A stretch of DNA of 59,118 bases from Candidatus Magasanikbacteria bacterium CG1_02_32_51 (GCA_001871435.1 MNVC01000014.1:1-59118); one strand, 5' to 3'; counted from the stretch's first letter, positions 1-10,169 are shown. The notes: generated by a model from the letters alone, not told the origin. A program made the numbers and translations.

Positions 1-99
1 TCAAAAATGATTCATCAACAAAACTTTCCCTAATTCAATTGGCAACGATCATTTCATGACCATATTATAAAAAAGGAAAAAGAACTTGACATTATATAA
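1..99 (+). pseudogene. 3' remnant of a REP-associated tyrosine transposase (RAYT), with in-frame stop
   Basis: Frame 1 reads SKMIHQQNFP*FNWQRSFHDHIIKKEKELDII*, matching SKIIHQQCLLRFAWQRSFHDHIIKNEKEYD of the RAYT at 1400-1972; internal TAA; 5' part lies outside the window. Confidence 0.8.
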
Positions 100-114
100 C
101 GTATATGTTATTAT
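86..114 (+). promoter_or_regulatory. sigma70 promoter for the HTH gene, overlapping a small inverted repeat
   Basis: TTGACA-17 bp-TATTAT; ataac-gtatat-gttat inverted repeat in the spacer suggests an autoregulatory operator. Confidence 0.6.
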
Positions 115-122
115 ATATACAT

Positions 123-395
123 ATGAAATCATATCAAACACTCAAAAAAAGTCTTTTGAAAGACAAAGAAATCAAAAAAGTTTATGATGATCTTGAACCT
201 GAATTTAGGTTATCTCAGATGATTATTGCCAAGAGGATTGAAAAAGGAATGTCTCAGGCAGATTTGGCCAAAAAAATAGGTACCAAGCAACCTGCTGTAG
301 CTAGATTAGAATCTGGTACTTATAACCCTAGTGTGACTTTGTTAAAGAAGACTGCTAGAGCCTTAGGTTCTTCTTTGTATATTTCTTTTGAATAA
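123..395 (+). CDS. XRE-family HTH protein (HigA-like antitoxin), no adjacent toxin
   Basis: SQADLAKKIGTKQPAVARLESGTYNPS is an HTH_3 signature; ATG at 123 chosen because it follows the promoter. Confidence 0.85.
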   Translation: MKSYQTLKKSLLKDKEIKKVYDDLEPEFRLSQMIIAKRIEKGMSQADLAKKIGTKQPAVARLESGTYNPSVTLLKKTARALGSSLYISFE

Positions 396-468
396 ATTTT
401 ATTTTGTGTTTTTTATCCACCATTTTGGTGGGTTTTTTGTTTGAAAAAAAATTGGTTAGTCTGCAATG

Positions 469-509
469 GTAGGGATCCACCATGGGTGGACAAATAGACC
501 TGTCCCTAC
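469..509. repeat. Degenerate GTAG REP palindrome interrupted by a 15-bp micro-palindrome
   Basis: gtaggga[tccaccatgggtgga]caaatagacctgtccctac compared with the intact copies at 1291 and 1698. Confidence 0.75.
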
Positions 510-575
510 GGATGTGGTAGAAAATATAGGCATTTTTGATTGACTTATACACTTTTTGTGATATAATAAAAACAT

Positions 576-869
576 ATGAAACTATCTAAAAAAGATTTGC
601 AAAAAATAATAAAGATACTAAAACAACATGAAGTAAAAAGTGCTGGTCTTTTTGGTTCATATGCTAGAGGTGAAGCCACCAAGAAAAGTGATATAGATTT
701 TTTGATAGAATTCAACAACAAAAATACCAAAAGTTTGTTGGATATTGTGGCATTGAAACTTGATTTGGAAGACAATCTGAAAAAAAAATGTGATATAGTC
801 ACCAAACGTGGACTTCATTTTCGCATTAGACCTTATGTAAAAAAAGATTTGATAAAATTGTATGACTAA
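576..869 (+). CDS. Minimal nucleotidyltransferase (MNT) antitoxin
   Basis: [22 protein letters not shown] motif; overlaps the downstream HEPN gene; TTGACT-16-TATAAT at 540-567. Confidence 0.9.
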   Translation: MKLSKKDLQKIIKILKQHEVKSAGLFGSYARGEATKKSDIDFLIEFNNKNTKSLLDIVALKLDLEDNLKKKCDIVTKRGLHFRIRPYVKKDLIKLYD

Positions 870-1206
870 AAAAAATCCTCTTATTTATATTGAACATATT
901 TTGGATAGTATAGCTAAAGTAGAAGAATATCTAAAAGATTTGAAAAAAACTGAATTTTTGAAATCTACTCAAAAACAAGATGCTATTGTCAGAAGAATAG
1001 AAATAATAGGTGAAGCTGTAAAAAATATTCCAAAAAGTCTTAGAGACAAATATCCCAAAATAGAATGGAGGAAGATTGCTGGTATGAGAGATATTTTGAT
1101 ACATGAATATTTCAATGTAGAATTGAATGAAGCTTGGATTGTTGCCAAAATAGAATTACCAAAATTAGCTAGAGAATTATACAAAATTTTGGAACAGCTA
1201 CAGTAA
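862..1206 (+). CDS. HEPN/DUF86 RNase toxin (HepT-like)
   Basis: IEIIGEA..IP and [15 protein letters not shown] (Rx4H) motifs; paired with MNT. Confidence 0.9.
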   Translation: MTKKNPLIYIEHILDSIAKVEEYLKDLKKTEFLKSTQKQDAIVRRIEIIGEAVKNIPKSLRDKYPKIEWRKIAGMRDILIHEYFNVELNEAWIVAKIELPKLARELYKILEQLQ

Positions 1207-1290
1207 TTTTGGTATTTTATTGATTTTGTTATGAAACCATTTGTTAGTAATGGTTTTTTTATTTTACAAAAGATTGGTTATAATGCAATG

Positions 1291-1318
1291 GTAGGGACAG
1301 GTCGCGACCTGTCCCTAC
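1291..1318. repeat. REP-like perfect 28-bp palindrome beginning with GTAG
   Basis: gtagggacaggtcgcgacctgtccctac, upstream of the RAYT. Confidence 0.9.
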
Positions 1319-1399
1319 GGACATTGCAAAAATAATCATTGTATAAATTTGAAATAATACCGAAATTAAGAGATAATTGTATATATTTTATACAATAAA

Positions 1400-1972
1400 A
1401 TGCTTGACAAAAAACAACGCAAGCACAACCGTCTGATAAATTTTGATTACCAAACAAATGGATTGTATTTTGTTACGATTTGTACCAGAAATCGCGAGCA
1501 TCTGTTTGGTGGTGTCTATCACGATTTCATGTGTGTAAACAGAATTGGTTCAGTTGTATACAGACAATGGGAATGGTTATTTGTACAATATCCATACATA
1601 ATAAATCACGGTTTTATCGTCATGCCCAATCATGTACATGGGATTATTGAGATTGATAGGTCATTGATTGGTGACAAAGAATGGTTAGTCAAACACGGTA
1701 GGGACAGGTCTAGACCTGTCCCTACGGATGTTGCAAACAAACTTGATATTGAAATAAATATCAAACCAACAAAAATTTTATCATTATCAAATATAATCGG
1801 TGCATTCAAAACAACCTCGTCAAAAATAATCCACCAACAATGTTTGCTACGATTTGCCTGGCAAAGATCATTTCATGACCATATCATAAAAAATGAAAAA
1901 GAATATGACCAAATATATAAATATGTCCGTATGAACCCAGTGTTATGGAATAGAGATAGAAATAATATTTGA
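1400..1972 (+). mobile_element. REP-associated tyrosine transposase (RAYT / Y1 HUH family)
   Basis: YFVTICT, VMPNHVHGII (HUH) and WQRSFHDHII..Y..NP motifs; flanked by and containing REP palindromes. Confidence 0.9.
1698..1725. repeat. REP palindrome embedded in the RAYT coding sequence
   Basis: gtagggacaggtctagacctgtccctac, a perfect palindrome translated as GRDRSRPVPT. Confidence 0.9.
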
Positions 1973-2114
1973 GCATTTCTGTTACTTATCATTTTTGTGT
2001 ATTAAAAGAAACAAAAACATAGTACAATTTATACACAGTCAAGTTATTAACATTTGTTTGAAATGGGTGTATAATAGGTTTGTATCTCAATTTGTTATTA
2101 AAAATAATAAAGAT

Positions 2115-2717
2115 ATGATATATATTGAATTAGAAAATGGCTTAATTAAGCAAAAACCTGTATTTTCACTTCGTGATATTGAAAATGCTGGTTTTAAGGT
2201 TTATCCCTACCAATTGAATTTGTGGACTAAAAAAGGCTATCTCAAAAAATTAAAGGGTGGTTTTTATATATTTAGCAAAGCTAAGATTTCTAATGAAATT
2301 ATAGCTAATTATTTACGACAACCTTCGTACATATCTCTTGAGTATGCTTTGTATTTGTACAACTATACTGTTGATATACCTTTTCAAATAACTTCTGTAA
2401 CTACAAGGAATACGGCTAGAATACAAGTAGAAAATAATATTTTTATTTATTATCATGTGAAACCTAGTGTGTTCAATGGTTTTGTAAATAATAATAATTT
2501 TTTTCTGGCCACAGCAGAAAAAGCTTTGGTTGATCTGTTTTATTTGTATCCAAAAAAATTTAATAATAATGAAGATTTTTTTGAAGCACGTTTTCATGAA
2601 GAAATGATGAAAGAGAAATTGGATTGGGTTGGATTGTTTGACATTGCTAAATTGTATAATAATCAAAGTTTAGTAAGAAGATTGGAATCTTTTAAAAAAT
2701 ATATTTTTAATCAATAA
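2115..2717 (+). CDS. AbiEi-like antitoxin / transcriptional regulator (type IV TA)
   Basis: LKKLKGGFYIF, PSYISLEYAL, ITSVT and ATAEKALVDLFY motifs; directly upstream of AbiEii; ATG at 2115 preferred. Confidence 0.85.
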   Translation: MIYIELENGLIKQKPVFSLRDIENAGFKVYPYQLNLWTKKGYLKKLKGGFYIFSKAKISNEIIANYLRQPSYISLEYALYLYNYTVDIPFQITSVTTRNTARIQVENNIFIYYHVKPSVFNGFVNNNNFFLATAEKALVDLFYLYPKKFNNNEDFFEARFHEEMMKEKLDWVGLFDIAKLYNNQSLVRRLESFKKYIFNQ

Positions 2718-2720
2718 TTT

Positions 2721-3503
2721 ATGTTGAGCTTGGAACAAATTTTATTTTTTGCCAAACAACAAGGCTTGAAAGAAAGTAGTGAAAAACAGGCTATGGTTGA
2801 ATATTTGCAGACTTTGATATTGCAGTTGTTAGTCAAATATAAAGGATCAGATAAAATAAGCTTTATTGGTGGTACCAGTCTTCGTTTTTTTTATAATTTA
2901 CCTAGATTTTCGGAAGATTTGGATTTTGATAATTTTGGTTTATCAGAACAAGAATTTGACGAAATAATAAAAGAATTAGTCAAGGATTTAGTTTTGCGTG
3001 GTTTTGTAATAGATTCTCTTGTTAAGTTCAAAGGTGCTTATCATTGTTATTTACGTTTTTCAAATTTGTTGTATCAAAATAATTTGTCTACTCATGTTGA
3101 TGAAAAAATATTAGTAAAAATTGACACTACAAAGCAAGATTTTATTTTTAAGCCAGAAAGAAAATTTTTTAATCGTTATGGTATTACTGAAGAAATACAA
3201 GTAAACCCTATAGATATTTTGATGGCCCAAAAAACTATGGCACTTTTGGGTAGAAAAAGAGCCAAAGGAAGAGATTTTTTTGATTTTGTATTTTTGGATG
3301 GGATAACTAAGCCAAATTTAGAATATTTGAAAAAAGAATTAGGTATTGATTCTTTGGAGAAACTAAAGGTTTTAATTATAGAAAGATGTTCAATTTTGAA
3401 TTTTGATGATTTGGCAAAAGACGTAGAACCTTTTTTATTTAATTTTGATGATGTTGCCAAAGTAAGAAAATTCAGGCAATATATAACAGGCTGGAACGTA
3501 TAA
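2721..3503 (+). CDS. AbiEii/AbiGii nucleotidyltransferase toxin
   Basis: FIGGTSLRFFYNLPRFSEDLDF and K..ALLGR...RDFFD motifs. Confidence 0.9.
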   Translation: MLSLEQILFFAKQQGLKESSEKQAMVEYLQTLILQLLVKYKGSDKISFIGGTSLRFFYNLPRFSEDLDFDNFGLSEQEFDEIIKELVKDLVLRGFVIDSLVKFKGAYHCYLRFSNLLYQNNLSTHVDEKILVKIDTTKQDFIFKPERKFFNRYGITEEIQVNPIDILMAQKTMALLGRKRAKGRDFFDFVFLDGITKPNLEYLKKELGIDSLEKLKVLIIERCSILNFDDLAKDVEPFLFNFDDVAKVRKFRQYITGWNV

Positions 3504-3520
3504 CATTAATTTTAACACTC

Positions 3521-3538
3521 CTACCTGCCGGCAGGTAG
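3521..3538. repeat. Perfect 18-bp GC-rich palindrome
   Basis: ctacctgccggcaggtag; a degenerate relative lies at 47536-47555. Confidence 0.7.
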
Positions 3539-3593
3539 AAATAAAATCATGAATATTGTAGAATAGTCTTGTCTGGCAAATGAAAAATAGGAT

Positions 3594-3736
3594 TCGTCAT
3601 TTCGAGTGAAGTGAATGAGGTACGAACGAACGTAGTCGAGAAATCTCCTTTCATTTAGTAAATAAATAGATAGACAATGAGAGGAGATCCCTCGACTCCA
3701 TCCCGTACTTCGTCGGGACTACGCTCGGGATGACGA
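3594..3736. repeat. GTCAT...ATGAC REP-doublet-like inverted repeat unit
   Basis: tcgtcatttcgag...tcgagaaatctcct / ggagatccctcga...ctcgggatgacga; GC-rich island in AT-rich DNA. Confidence 0.7.
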
Positions 3737-3858
3737 TTTGGCTAGAATATTATTTTTTAACGTTTGTCTATGTCTGTTAGTTAAGACCTTTGTAGAAATA
3801 AGAATTATTGGATAAGAAATAAAAAAATAAAGTATAATAAATCAATAAATTTCGTTTT

Positions 3859-5871
3859 ATGCAAAAAACTCTAGAAAAAATTCTAAAAATAGTCATTGGT
3901 ATTACTTTTTTTGTACCTATTTTGGTTTTACCTACAGCCTATATTTTTCCTTTTATTGTACCCAAGATTATTTATTTTCGGTCTCTAGTTTTGGTGATGC
4001 TTGACCTCTATCTTGTATTACTTTTTAGTAATTTCCAGAAATATAGACCGAGATTTTCGTGGGTCAATATTGCTGTTTTATTATTTTTTATTTCATTTAC
4101 TATTTCTACTTTTGTGGGTGTGGATTGGTACAAGAGTTTTTGGGACAATCATGAGAGAATGCTTGGTCTTTTTACTATATTTCATTATGTAGTTTATTAT
4201 TTTATCATTACAACTGTAGTGCGTGATTGGTCTGAGTGGAAGTGGCTGATGCGTACATTTTTGTTGGCTGGATCTCTAGTTATGTTTATTGGTGTGTTGC
4301 AGAGATATGTCAATCCAGAATTACTTTTGAATAGGGGAGGGACTAGAGTTTCTTCCACACTTGGTAACGCTATTTATCTTAGTGGCTATGGATTGTTTTT
4401 ATTTTTTGTAGGATCACTATTGGCTGTCAAAGAAAAATTAAAAGCCAGGAATATTAAATTTTTGTCTGTGGAAGCTAGTTGGTTTTGGCTAGAAATTTTA
4501 GCTTCTTTGCTTGGACTTTGGGGTGTATTTTTGGGTAGTACTCGTGGAGCTTTAGTAGCCTTGATTGTTAGCTTGTTTGTTTTGTTAGCTATATACTTTT
4601 TTACTCTGAAAGGACAAAAGAAATTAAAACAGATTACAATGATTATTGTTTTGGTGGGTACTGTCCTTCTTGGTGTTTTGTATATGAACAGATCGGATGC
4701 TTTTGTGAGTAACTTACCAGCTTTTGGACGTCTTTTGAATACTAGTTTTTCACAAAAAGACACTAGAGTAATGGCTTGGGGAGTAGCGCTCGATGCTTGG
4801 ACAGAAAAACCTATTTTTGGTTGGGGACCAAACAACTACTACTATGCTTTCAACAAATATTATCGTGCGGAATTTTTGGAATATGGTTTTGGTGAAACTT
4901 GGTTTGATAATGCTCATAGTGTCATTATGAATACTTTGGCTGTACAGGGTATTGTTGGTTTACTTTTGTATATCAATATTTTTGTGTTAGCTACCATTTA
5001 TTTGTTGAAAAGATATAGAGAAGGTAAAGTGGATATTCATATTTTGGCCTTTGGTATAGCTTTTATCTGGGCACATTTTATTAGTGTGGCGACTGTTTTT
5101 GATAATCCTACTTCTTATCTTTATTTTTTCTTTTTTCTCGCTCTAGTTTCTGGTTTTACTGAGAAATCAAAACAAGAAAATACAACTAAGAGTAATAGGG
5201 AAGTCTCTATGCCTTGGGCGGTATTTGTTTCTTTGTTGATGCTTCTTTTCATCTATAGTACTGATGTCAATTCAGCACGAGCCAACAAATCAGCTCTTTT
5301 GGCTATTAGGGATTTGAATGCTGGAAAGGATTATACCAAAGACTACAAAGATGCTACCTCTATTCCTTCACCACATGTTGATGATATTAGGAATGACACT
5401 GCCCGTATCTTTAGTGATATTGTCTCTCAGATATTAAAGGATCCAAAAGTAAAAGAAAAAGATAAATGGCAAATACTTGAACCTTTTTATAATCAAGCTG
5501 TAGGAAATTTGAACAAAAATATTGAATTACATCCAAATGATATTAGAGTAAGTTTACAATTGGCTCAAATACAAATTTATGGGGCTGTAGCAAAACAAGA
5601 TGTCAATCTTTTACTTGAAGCAGAAAAGACACTAGAAGGCACTTTGCTTTTGTCACCAAAAAGACAACAGATACAGTATATGTTGGCTGGTGTCAAACAA
5701 AATTTGCAAAAAACTGACGAAGCTATCAAGCTTTTGCGAGATAGTATTGATAATGACCCAAATATTCCTAATGGTTGGCAACAATTGGAAAGTTTGTATA
5801 ATGGATTGGGAGATATTGAAAAAGCCAAGGCGTTGCGGGCGGAGGCGTTGGAAAAGGGGATTACTTTTTAG
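3859..5871 (+). CDS. O-antigen ligase/polymerase-family membrane protein with C-terminal TPR-like region
   Basis: Many TM helices; STLGN, STRGA, KPIFGWGPNNY and FDNAHS motifs; helical-repeat tail. Confidence 0.85.
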   Translation: MQKTLEKILKIVIGITFFVPILVLPTAYIFPFIVPKIIYFRSLVLVMLDLYLVLLFSNFQKYRPRFSWVNIAVLLFFISFTISTFVGVDWYKSFWDNHERMLGLFTIFHYVVYYFIITTVVRDWSEWKWLMRTFLLAGSLVMFIGVLQRYVNPELLLNRGGTRVSSTLGNAIYLSGYGLFLFFVGSLLAVKEKLKARNIKFLSVEASWFWLEILASLLGLWGVFLGSTRGALVALIVSLFVLLAIYFFTLKGQKKLKQITMIIVLVGTVLLGVLYMNRSDAFVSNLPAFGRLLNTSFSQKDTRVMAWGVALDAWTEKPIFGWGPNNYYYAFNKYYRAEFLEYGFGETWFDNAHSVIMNTLAVQGIVGLLLYINIFVLATIYLLKRYREGKVDIHILAFGIAFIWAHFISVATVFDNPTSYLYFFFFLALVSGFTEKSKQENTTKSNREVSMPWAVFVSLLMLLFIYSTDVNSARANKSALLAIRDLNAGKDYTKDYKDATSIPSPHVDDIRNDTARIFSDIVSQILKDPKVKEKDKWQILEPFYNQAVGNLNKNIELHPNDIRVSLQLAQIQIYGAVAKQDVNLLLEAEKTLEGTLLLSPKRQQIQYMLAGVKQNLQKTDEAIKLLRDSIDNDPNIPNGWQQLESLYNGLGDIEKAKALRAEALEKGITF

Positions 5872-5918
5872 TAAGATTTATTTTGTGAATAGGTATACTC
5901 TATTTTTTTGAAATGAAT

Positions 5919-6391
5919 CATTGTCTCATTGTGCCATTGTGCCATTGACTTTTTTTACATTATTTTTTATGATAAAGAAGTTTTTGAGTTTAAAAGATAT
6001 TGACTGTTATTTCTTGTCCTATAATCTTAGTAATTATGTTTGGAATATTGTTATACAGTGGAATTACTTTGAAAAGAATAGTCTTGGTTCACAATTTGCT
6101 CGGGCAATTGATTCAATATCATCAAATATAGCAGAAGGATTTGGTAGATATAATAAAAAAGATAAGGTAAAATTTTATAGATACTCCATGGGTTCACTTT
6201 ACGAATGTTTGGACTGGAATCAAAAATCTATGAAAAGAGATTTGATAACAAAAGAAGATTATAATTTTATTTTTGAAAATTTACAAAAAATTAAACCAGA
6301 GATTTATTCACTGATAAATTATACTAACTTAAAATTAAAATTTTAACATCTTAGTAAAGTCACAATGGGTCAGTGACACAATGAAACAATT
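5919..6391. mobile_element. Cassette: inverted 8-mer arrays enclosing a four-helix-bundle gene
   Basis: Left arm cattgtct cattgtgc cattgtgc cattgact (5919-5950); right arm tcacaatg ggtcagtg acacaatg aaacaatt (6360-6391). Confidence 0.65.
5969..6346 (+). CDS. Four helix bundle protein (23S rRNA IVP / TIGR02436-like)
   Basis: LGSQFARAIDSISSNIAEGFGRYNKKDKVKFYRYSMGSLYE signature. Confidence 0.9.
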   Translation: MIKKFLSLKDIDCYFLSYNLSNYVWNIVIQWNYFEKNSLGSQFARAIDSISSNIAEGFGRYNKKDKVKFYRYSMGSLYECLDWNQKSMKRDLITKEDYNFIFENLQKIKPEIYSLINYTNLKLKF

Positions 6392-6438
6392 TATTATGGG
6401 TATATTTATTATGTATATTAACACTAAGTGATTTTTTT

Positions 6439-7455
6439 ATGAATAAAAAAGCATTGATTACAGGCATCACTGGCCAAGACGGCTCATATTTGGCTGAATT
6501 TTTGTTGGACAAAGGATATGAAGTACACGGTATTATGAGACGTTCTAGTAGTTTCAATACTGAAAGAATTGATCACTTATATCGTGATCGACATGGTAAG
6601 GATGTGAAGTTATTTTTACATTACGGAGATTTGACAGATAGCAGTAATATTAGTCGTATTTTGGATGAAGTAGTGCCTGATGAAATTTACAATCTTGGTG
6701 CTCAGAGTCATGTGCGTGTTAGTTTTGATTTGCCTGAATATACGGCTGATGCTGATGGGCTAGGAACACTGCGTTTGTTAGATGCTATTCGTGACAAGGG
6801 GATGAAAGTGAAGTTTTATCAAGCTGGTAGCTCAGAAATGTTTGGTAAGGTATTGGAAACTCCCCAAAAAGAAACTACACCTTTTTATCCACGTAGTCCT
6901 TATGGCTGTGCCAAAGTCTATGCCCATAACATCTCAGTCAATTATCGTGAGAGTTATAATATGTTTGTGTGTAACGGCATACTTTTCAATCACGAATCTC
7001 CTCGTCGTGGTGGTACTTTTGTGACCAAGAAAATTGTTGATGCTTTCAAAAATATCAAAGAAGGAAAACAAGAGAAATTATATTTGGGAAATCTAGAAGC
7101 CAAACGCGATTGGGGCTATGCCAAAGATTATGTGGAAGCTATGTGGCTTATGCTTCAGCAACCAGAACCAGATGATTATGTGGTAGCCACAGGTGAAACT
7201 CACAGTGTTCGCGAGTTTGTGGAAGAGGCTGCCCCGTACTTTGGTTTTGATATAGAATGGCAAGGTAATGGACTAAAAGAAAAAGGTATAGATAAGAAGA
7301 CTGGTAAAACTTTGATTGAGATAGATGAAAAATATTTTCGTCCAGCTGAAGTGGATATATTATTGGGAGATGCTACCAAAGCCAAAGAAAAATTAGGTTG
7401 GGAACCAAAGACAAGATTCAAAGAGTTGGTGAAGATAATGTGTGAGGAAGAATAG
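6439..7455 (+). CDS. gmd: GDP-mannose 4,6-dehydratase
   Basis: [41 protein letters not shown]. Confidence 0.97.
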   Translation: MNKKALITGITGQDGSYLAEFLLDKGYEVHGIMRRSSSFNTERIDHLYRDRHGKDVKLFLHYGDLTDSSNISRILDEVVPDEIYNLGAQSHVRVSFDLPEYTADADGLGTLRLLDAIRDKGMKVKFYQAGSSEMFGKVLETPQKETTPFYPRSPYGCAKVYAHNISVNYRESYNMFVCNGILFNHESPRRGGTFVTKKIVDAFKNIKEGKQEKLYLGNLEAKRDWGYAKDYVEAMWLMLQQPEPDDYVVATGETHSVREFVEEAAPYFGFDIEWQGNGLKEKGIDKKTGKTLIEIDEKYFRPAEVDILLGDATKAKEKLGWEPKTRFKELVKIMCEEE

Positions 7456-7528
7456 TTTTTTGGTGTTTGTTGATATTTGTTTTATTTTGTTATAGACAAG
7501 GATAGAGGTAAGATGAAAATAATTTAGG

Positions 7529-7647
7529 AATTTTAAATTTTGAATTTTAAAACAATTTTTAATGACTCAATTTTTAATATAGTTTAAAAATTAGTTCATT
7601 TATAAATTTGAAATTGTTTTAAAATTCAAAATTCAAAATTCAAAATT
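7529..7647. repeat. Empty inverted 7-mer (aattttg) array cassette
   Basis: Right arm 7612-7647 is the exact reverse complement of the 36-bp left arm of the gene-bearing cassette at 34281-34316. Confidence 0.85.
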
Positions 7648-7651
7648 CTTT

Positions 7652-8608
7652 ATGGACTATTCTTCAAAAATATACATCGCCGGTCATAATGGTATGGTTG
7701 GATCAGCGATATTTCGTTTACTCAAGAAACAAGGTTATACAAATCTGTTGACACGTACACATCAGGAGTTGGATCTATTAGACGCCAAAGCTGTGGCAGA
7801 TTTTTTTGTATCAGAAAAACCAGAATATGTTATTTTGGCGGCTGCTAAAGTTGGGGGAATTCTGGCTAATAATATTTACCCGGCAGATTTTTTGTATCAA
7901 AATTTGCAAATTCAAAGTAATGTTATTCATAATGCTTATTTGTCTGGAGTAAAGAAATTATTGTTTTTGGGTTCGTCTTGCATCTATCCAAAAGATTGTC
8001 CGCAACCAATAAAAGAAGAATATTTGTTGACAGGATTACTTGAGCCAACTAATGAAGCCTATGCTATTGCTAAAATTGTTGGTATAAAGATGTGTCAAAG
8101 TTATAATAGACAGTATGGGACTAATTTTATAGCCGTCATGCCGACTAATCTTTATGGGCCAAATGATAATTTTGATTTGGAGAATTCTCATGTTTTACCG
8201 GCTTTACTTCGTAAATTTCATGAAGCAAAAGTAAATAATTTGTTAGAAGTAGAAGTCTGGGGAACAGGCAGACCTAGAAGAGAATTTTTACACGTGGATG
8301 ATATGGCGAAAGCTTGTCTTTTTGTCTTACAAAATTTTGATCCTAGTAAAGAAGAAAATGAAAACGGAGAAATATTTTTTAATATTGGTACTGGGATTGA
8401 TTTGACTATTTTAGAATTAGCAGAAATGATCAGGAGTGTGGTTGGTTTTGAAGGTAAAATTGTCTTTGACAGTAGTAAGCCAGATGGAACGATGCAAAAA
8501 CTTTTGGATGTATCAAAAATAAATAATTTAGGTTGGAAAGATGAAATTGGTCTGAAAGAGGGGGTAAAGCAGATATATGAGTGGTATTTGAACTCTATTG
8601 ACACCTAG
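7652..8608 (+). CDS. fcl: GDP-L-fucose synthase
   Basis: IAGHNGMVGSA, AAAKVGGILAN, LGSSCIYPK, EPTNEAYAIAK. Confidence 0.96.
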   Translation: MDYSSKIYIAGHNGMVGSAIFRLLKKQGYTNLLTRTHQELDLLDAKAVADFFVSEKPEYVILAAAKVGGILANNIYPADFLYQNLQIQSNVIHNAYLSGVKKLLFLGSSCIYPKDCPQPIKEEYLLTGLLEPTNEAYAIAKIVGIKMCQSYNRQYGTNFIAVMPTNLYGPNDNFDLENSHVLPALLRKFHEAKVNNLLEVEVWGTGRPRREFLHVDDMAKACLFVLQNFDPSKEENENGEIFFNIGTGIDLTILELAEMIRSVVGFEGKIVFDSSKPDGTMQKLLDVSKINNLGWKDEIGLKEGVKQIYEWYLNSIDT

Positions 8609-8670
8609 TGATACTATATGTTAAAATTGTTTTAGTTGTTGAATCACTACGTTTGTTATAATTAATTTTT

Positions 8671-8733
8671 CAACTACAACAACTACAACAACTACAACAA
8701 CTACAACAACTACAACAACTACAACATTTACAA
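8671..8733 (+). repeat. (CAACTACAA)6 nonamer tandem repeat plus one degenerate unit; short inverted arm at 8627-8641
   Basis: Direct reading; lies between a TTGACA-18-TAAAAT promoter (8598-8627) and the HTH gene. Confidence 0.9.
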
Positions 8734-8746
8734 CATCTAGAACATT

Positions 8747-8992
8747 ATGTCTGAAATCAAACCTAACGAAGTATATACAACTGTTGAAGCTCAAGATCTG
8801 CTTAAAGTGAGTGCAAGTACCATGAAGCGTCTACTCAAAAAAGGTCTTATTAGAGCTAATAAGATTGGTAAACAATACCGTTTTTTGGGTCATGAACTAC
8901 TCAAAATGTTGTCTCCGGAAATTGATGTAAAAGCAACTGATCTTTATCAAAAAGTAAAAATAGAGACTATTAAAAAAACTAAAAGTTGGTAA
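8747..8992 (+). CDS. Excisionase-like (HTH_17) DNA-binding protein
   Basis: VYTTVEAQDLLKVSASTMKRLLKKGLIRANKIGKQYRF. Confidence 0.85.
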   Translation: MSEIKPNEVYTTVEAQDLLKVSASTMKRLLKKGLIRANKIGKQYRFLGHELLKMLSPEIDVKATDLYQKVKIETIKKTKSW

Positions 8993-9032
8993 AATATAAT
9001 CAAATAAAAATTTTCAATATATCATAAATTTT

Positions 9033-10145
9033 ATGAATAATAATAACTTTTGGCATGGAAAAAGGGTATTAATCACTGGTGGCGATGGTTTTGTTGCTTC
9101 TAATTTAGCAATTAAATTGTCGCAAGAAGGTGCTGTGGTGGTTTTAATTATGCGCCATCATCGTCCAATTTTAACTATTGATTTAGTTGGTGCTAGTGAT
9201 GAAGTAAAGTCAGCAATATATATTGAACAAACAAATTTATTGGATTTAAGCGCATTAAGAAGAATTTGTGATCGTCATCAAGTTGATACGATTTTTCATC
9301 TGGCAGCCTCTGTTATAGTGTCTGATGCTGCAAATTCACCATATTCTACTATTGAGAATAATATTATAGGAACACTTAATATTTTAGAAGTAGCTAGAAT
9401 TAATAAAATATCTCGTGTTTTATCAGTTTCTACTGATAAATCATATGGTGACCATTTGAATGATACTTCAGAGCCTTTGCCATATAAAGAAAATTATGCT
9501 TTACGTGGTTTGGATGTGTATAGTTCATCAAAAGTATGTTCTGATATGTTAGCTCAAACGTATTCGTATCAGTATAAAGTGCCAGTTTTGGTGGCTAGAG
9601 CTTGCAATATTTATGGAGTAGGAGATCTAAACTTTTCTCGCTTAATTCCAAAAACTATTATGTGTCTTTTGTCAAAAAAATCACCAATTATTAATGCTGG
9701 TAATAGTTCTGTGTTGCGTGAATATATTTATGTTAGTGATGTAGTTGATGCATACTTATTACTTATGGAAAAAGTAGGTGATTATTATGGTAAAAATAAT
9801 TGTAATATGCCAAAAAATGGTAAAGAAACATATGGTTGGGCCTCATTTAATGTTGGTACCTGTGCTAAGCTTGACCATAATAATGAGAAAAAATTAGATA
9901 ACGTTAAGAGTGTCGTTGAGGTAATTGGATTATTGCAAAATAGAATTGAAAATATTGATTCAGTAGAAAGGGAAAAAGCTTTAAATTTTATTGAGATTCC
10001 AGATCAATATTTGGATTCTACTAAGATAAATAACCTTGGTTTTAAATCAAAGGTATCTTTTGAAGAAGGTTTGGAGAAAACAGTTAAGTGGTATCAAGAT
10101 AATTATGATTATTTAATTCGTTTAGCTCATAAATATATCCAATAG
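9033..10145 (+). CDS. NAD-dependent epimerase/dehydratase (CDP-glucose 4,6-dehydratase-like)
   Basis: FWHGKRVLITGGDGFV, STDKSY, YSSSK, GDLNFSRLIP. Confidence 0.85.
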   Translation: MNNNNFWHGKRVLITGGDGFVASNLAIKLSQEGAVVVLIMRHHRPILTIDLVGASDEVKSAIYIEQTNLLDLSALRRICDRHQVDTIFHLAASVIVSDAANSPYSTIENNIIGTLNILEVARINKISRVLSVSTDKSYGDHLNDTSEPLPYKENYALRGLDVYSSSKVCSDMLAQTYSYQYKVPVLVARACNIYGVGDLNFSRLIPKTIMCLLSKKSPIINAGNSSVLREYIYVSDVVDAYLLLMEKVGDYYGKNNCNMPKNGKETYGWASFNVGTCAKLDHNNEKKLDNVKSVVEVIGLLQNRIENIDSVEREKALNFIEIPDQYLDSTKINNLGFKSKVSFEEGLEKTVKWYQDNYDYLIRLAHKYIQ

Positions 10146-10169
10146 GTTATTTTAGTTATTTGTTTTTTT

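Noticed and set aside
8671-8733. Tandem arrays as a possible CRISPR array
   Set aside because: Units are 7-9 nt with no unique spacers, and there are no cas genes.
8747-8992. Excisionase-like gene as evidence of a prophage or ICE
   Set aside because: No integrase, att sites or phage genes nearby; a local regulator is more likely.
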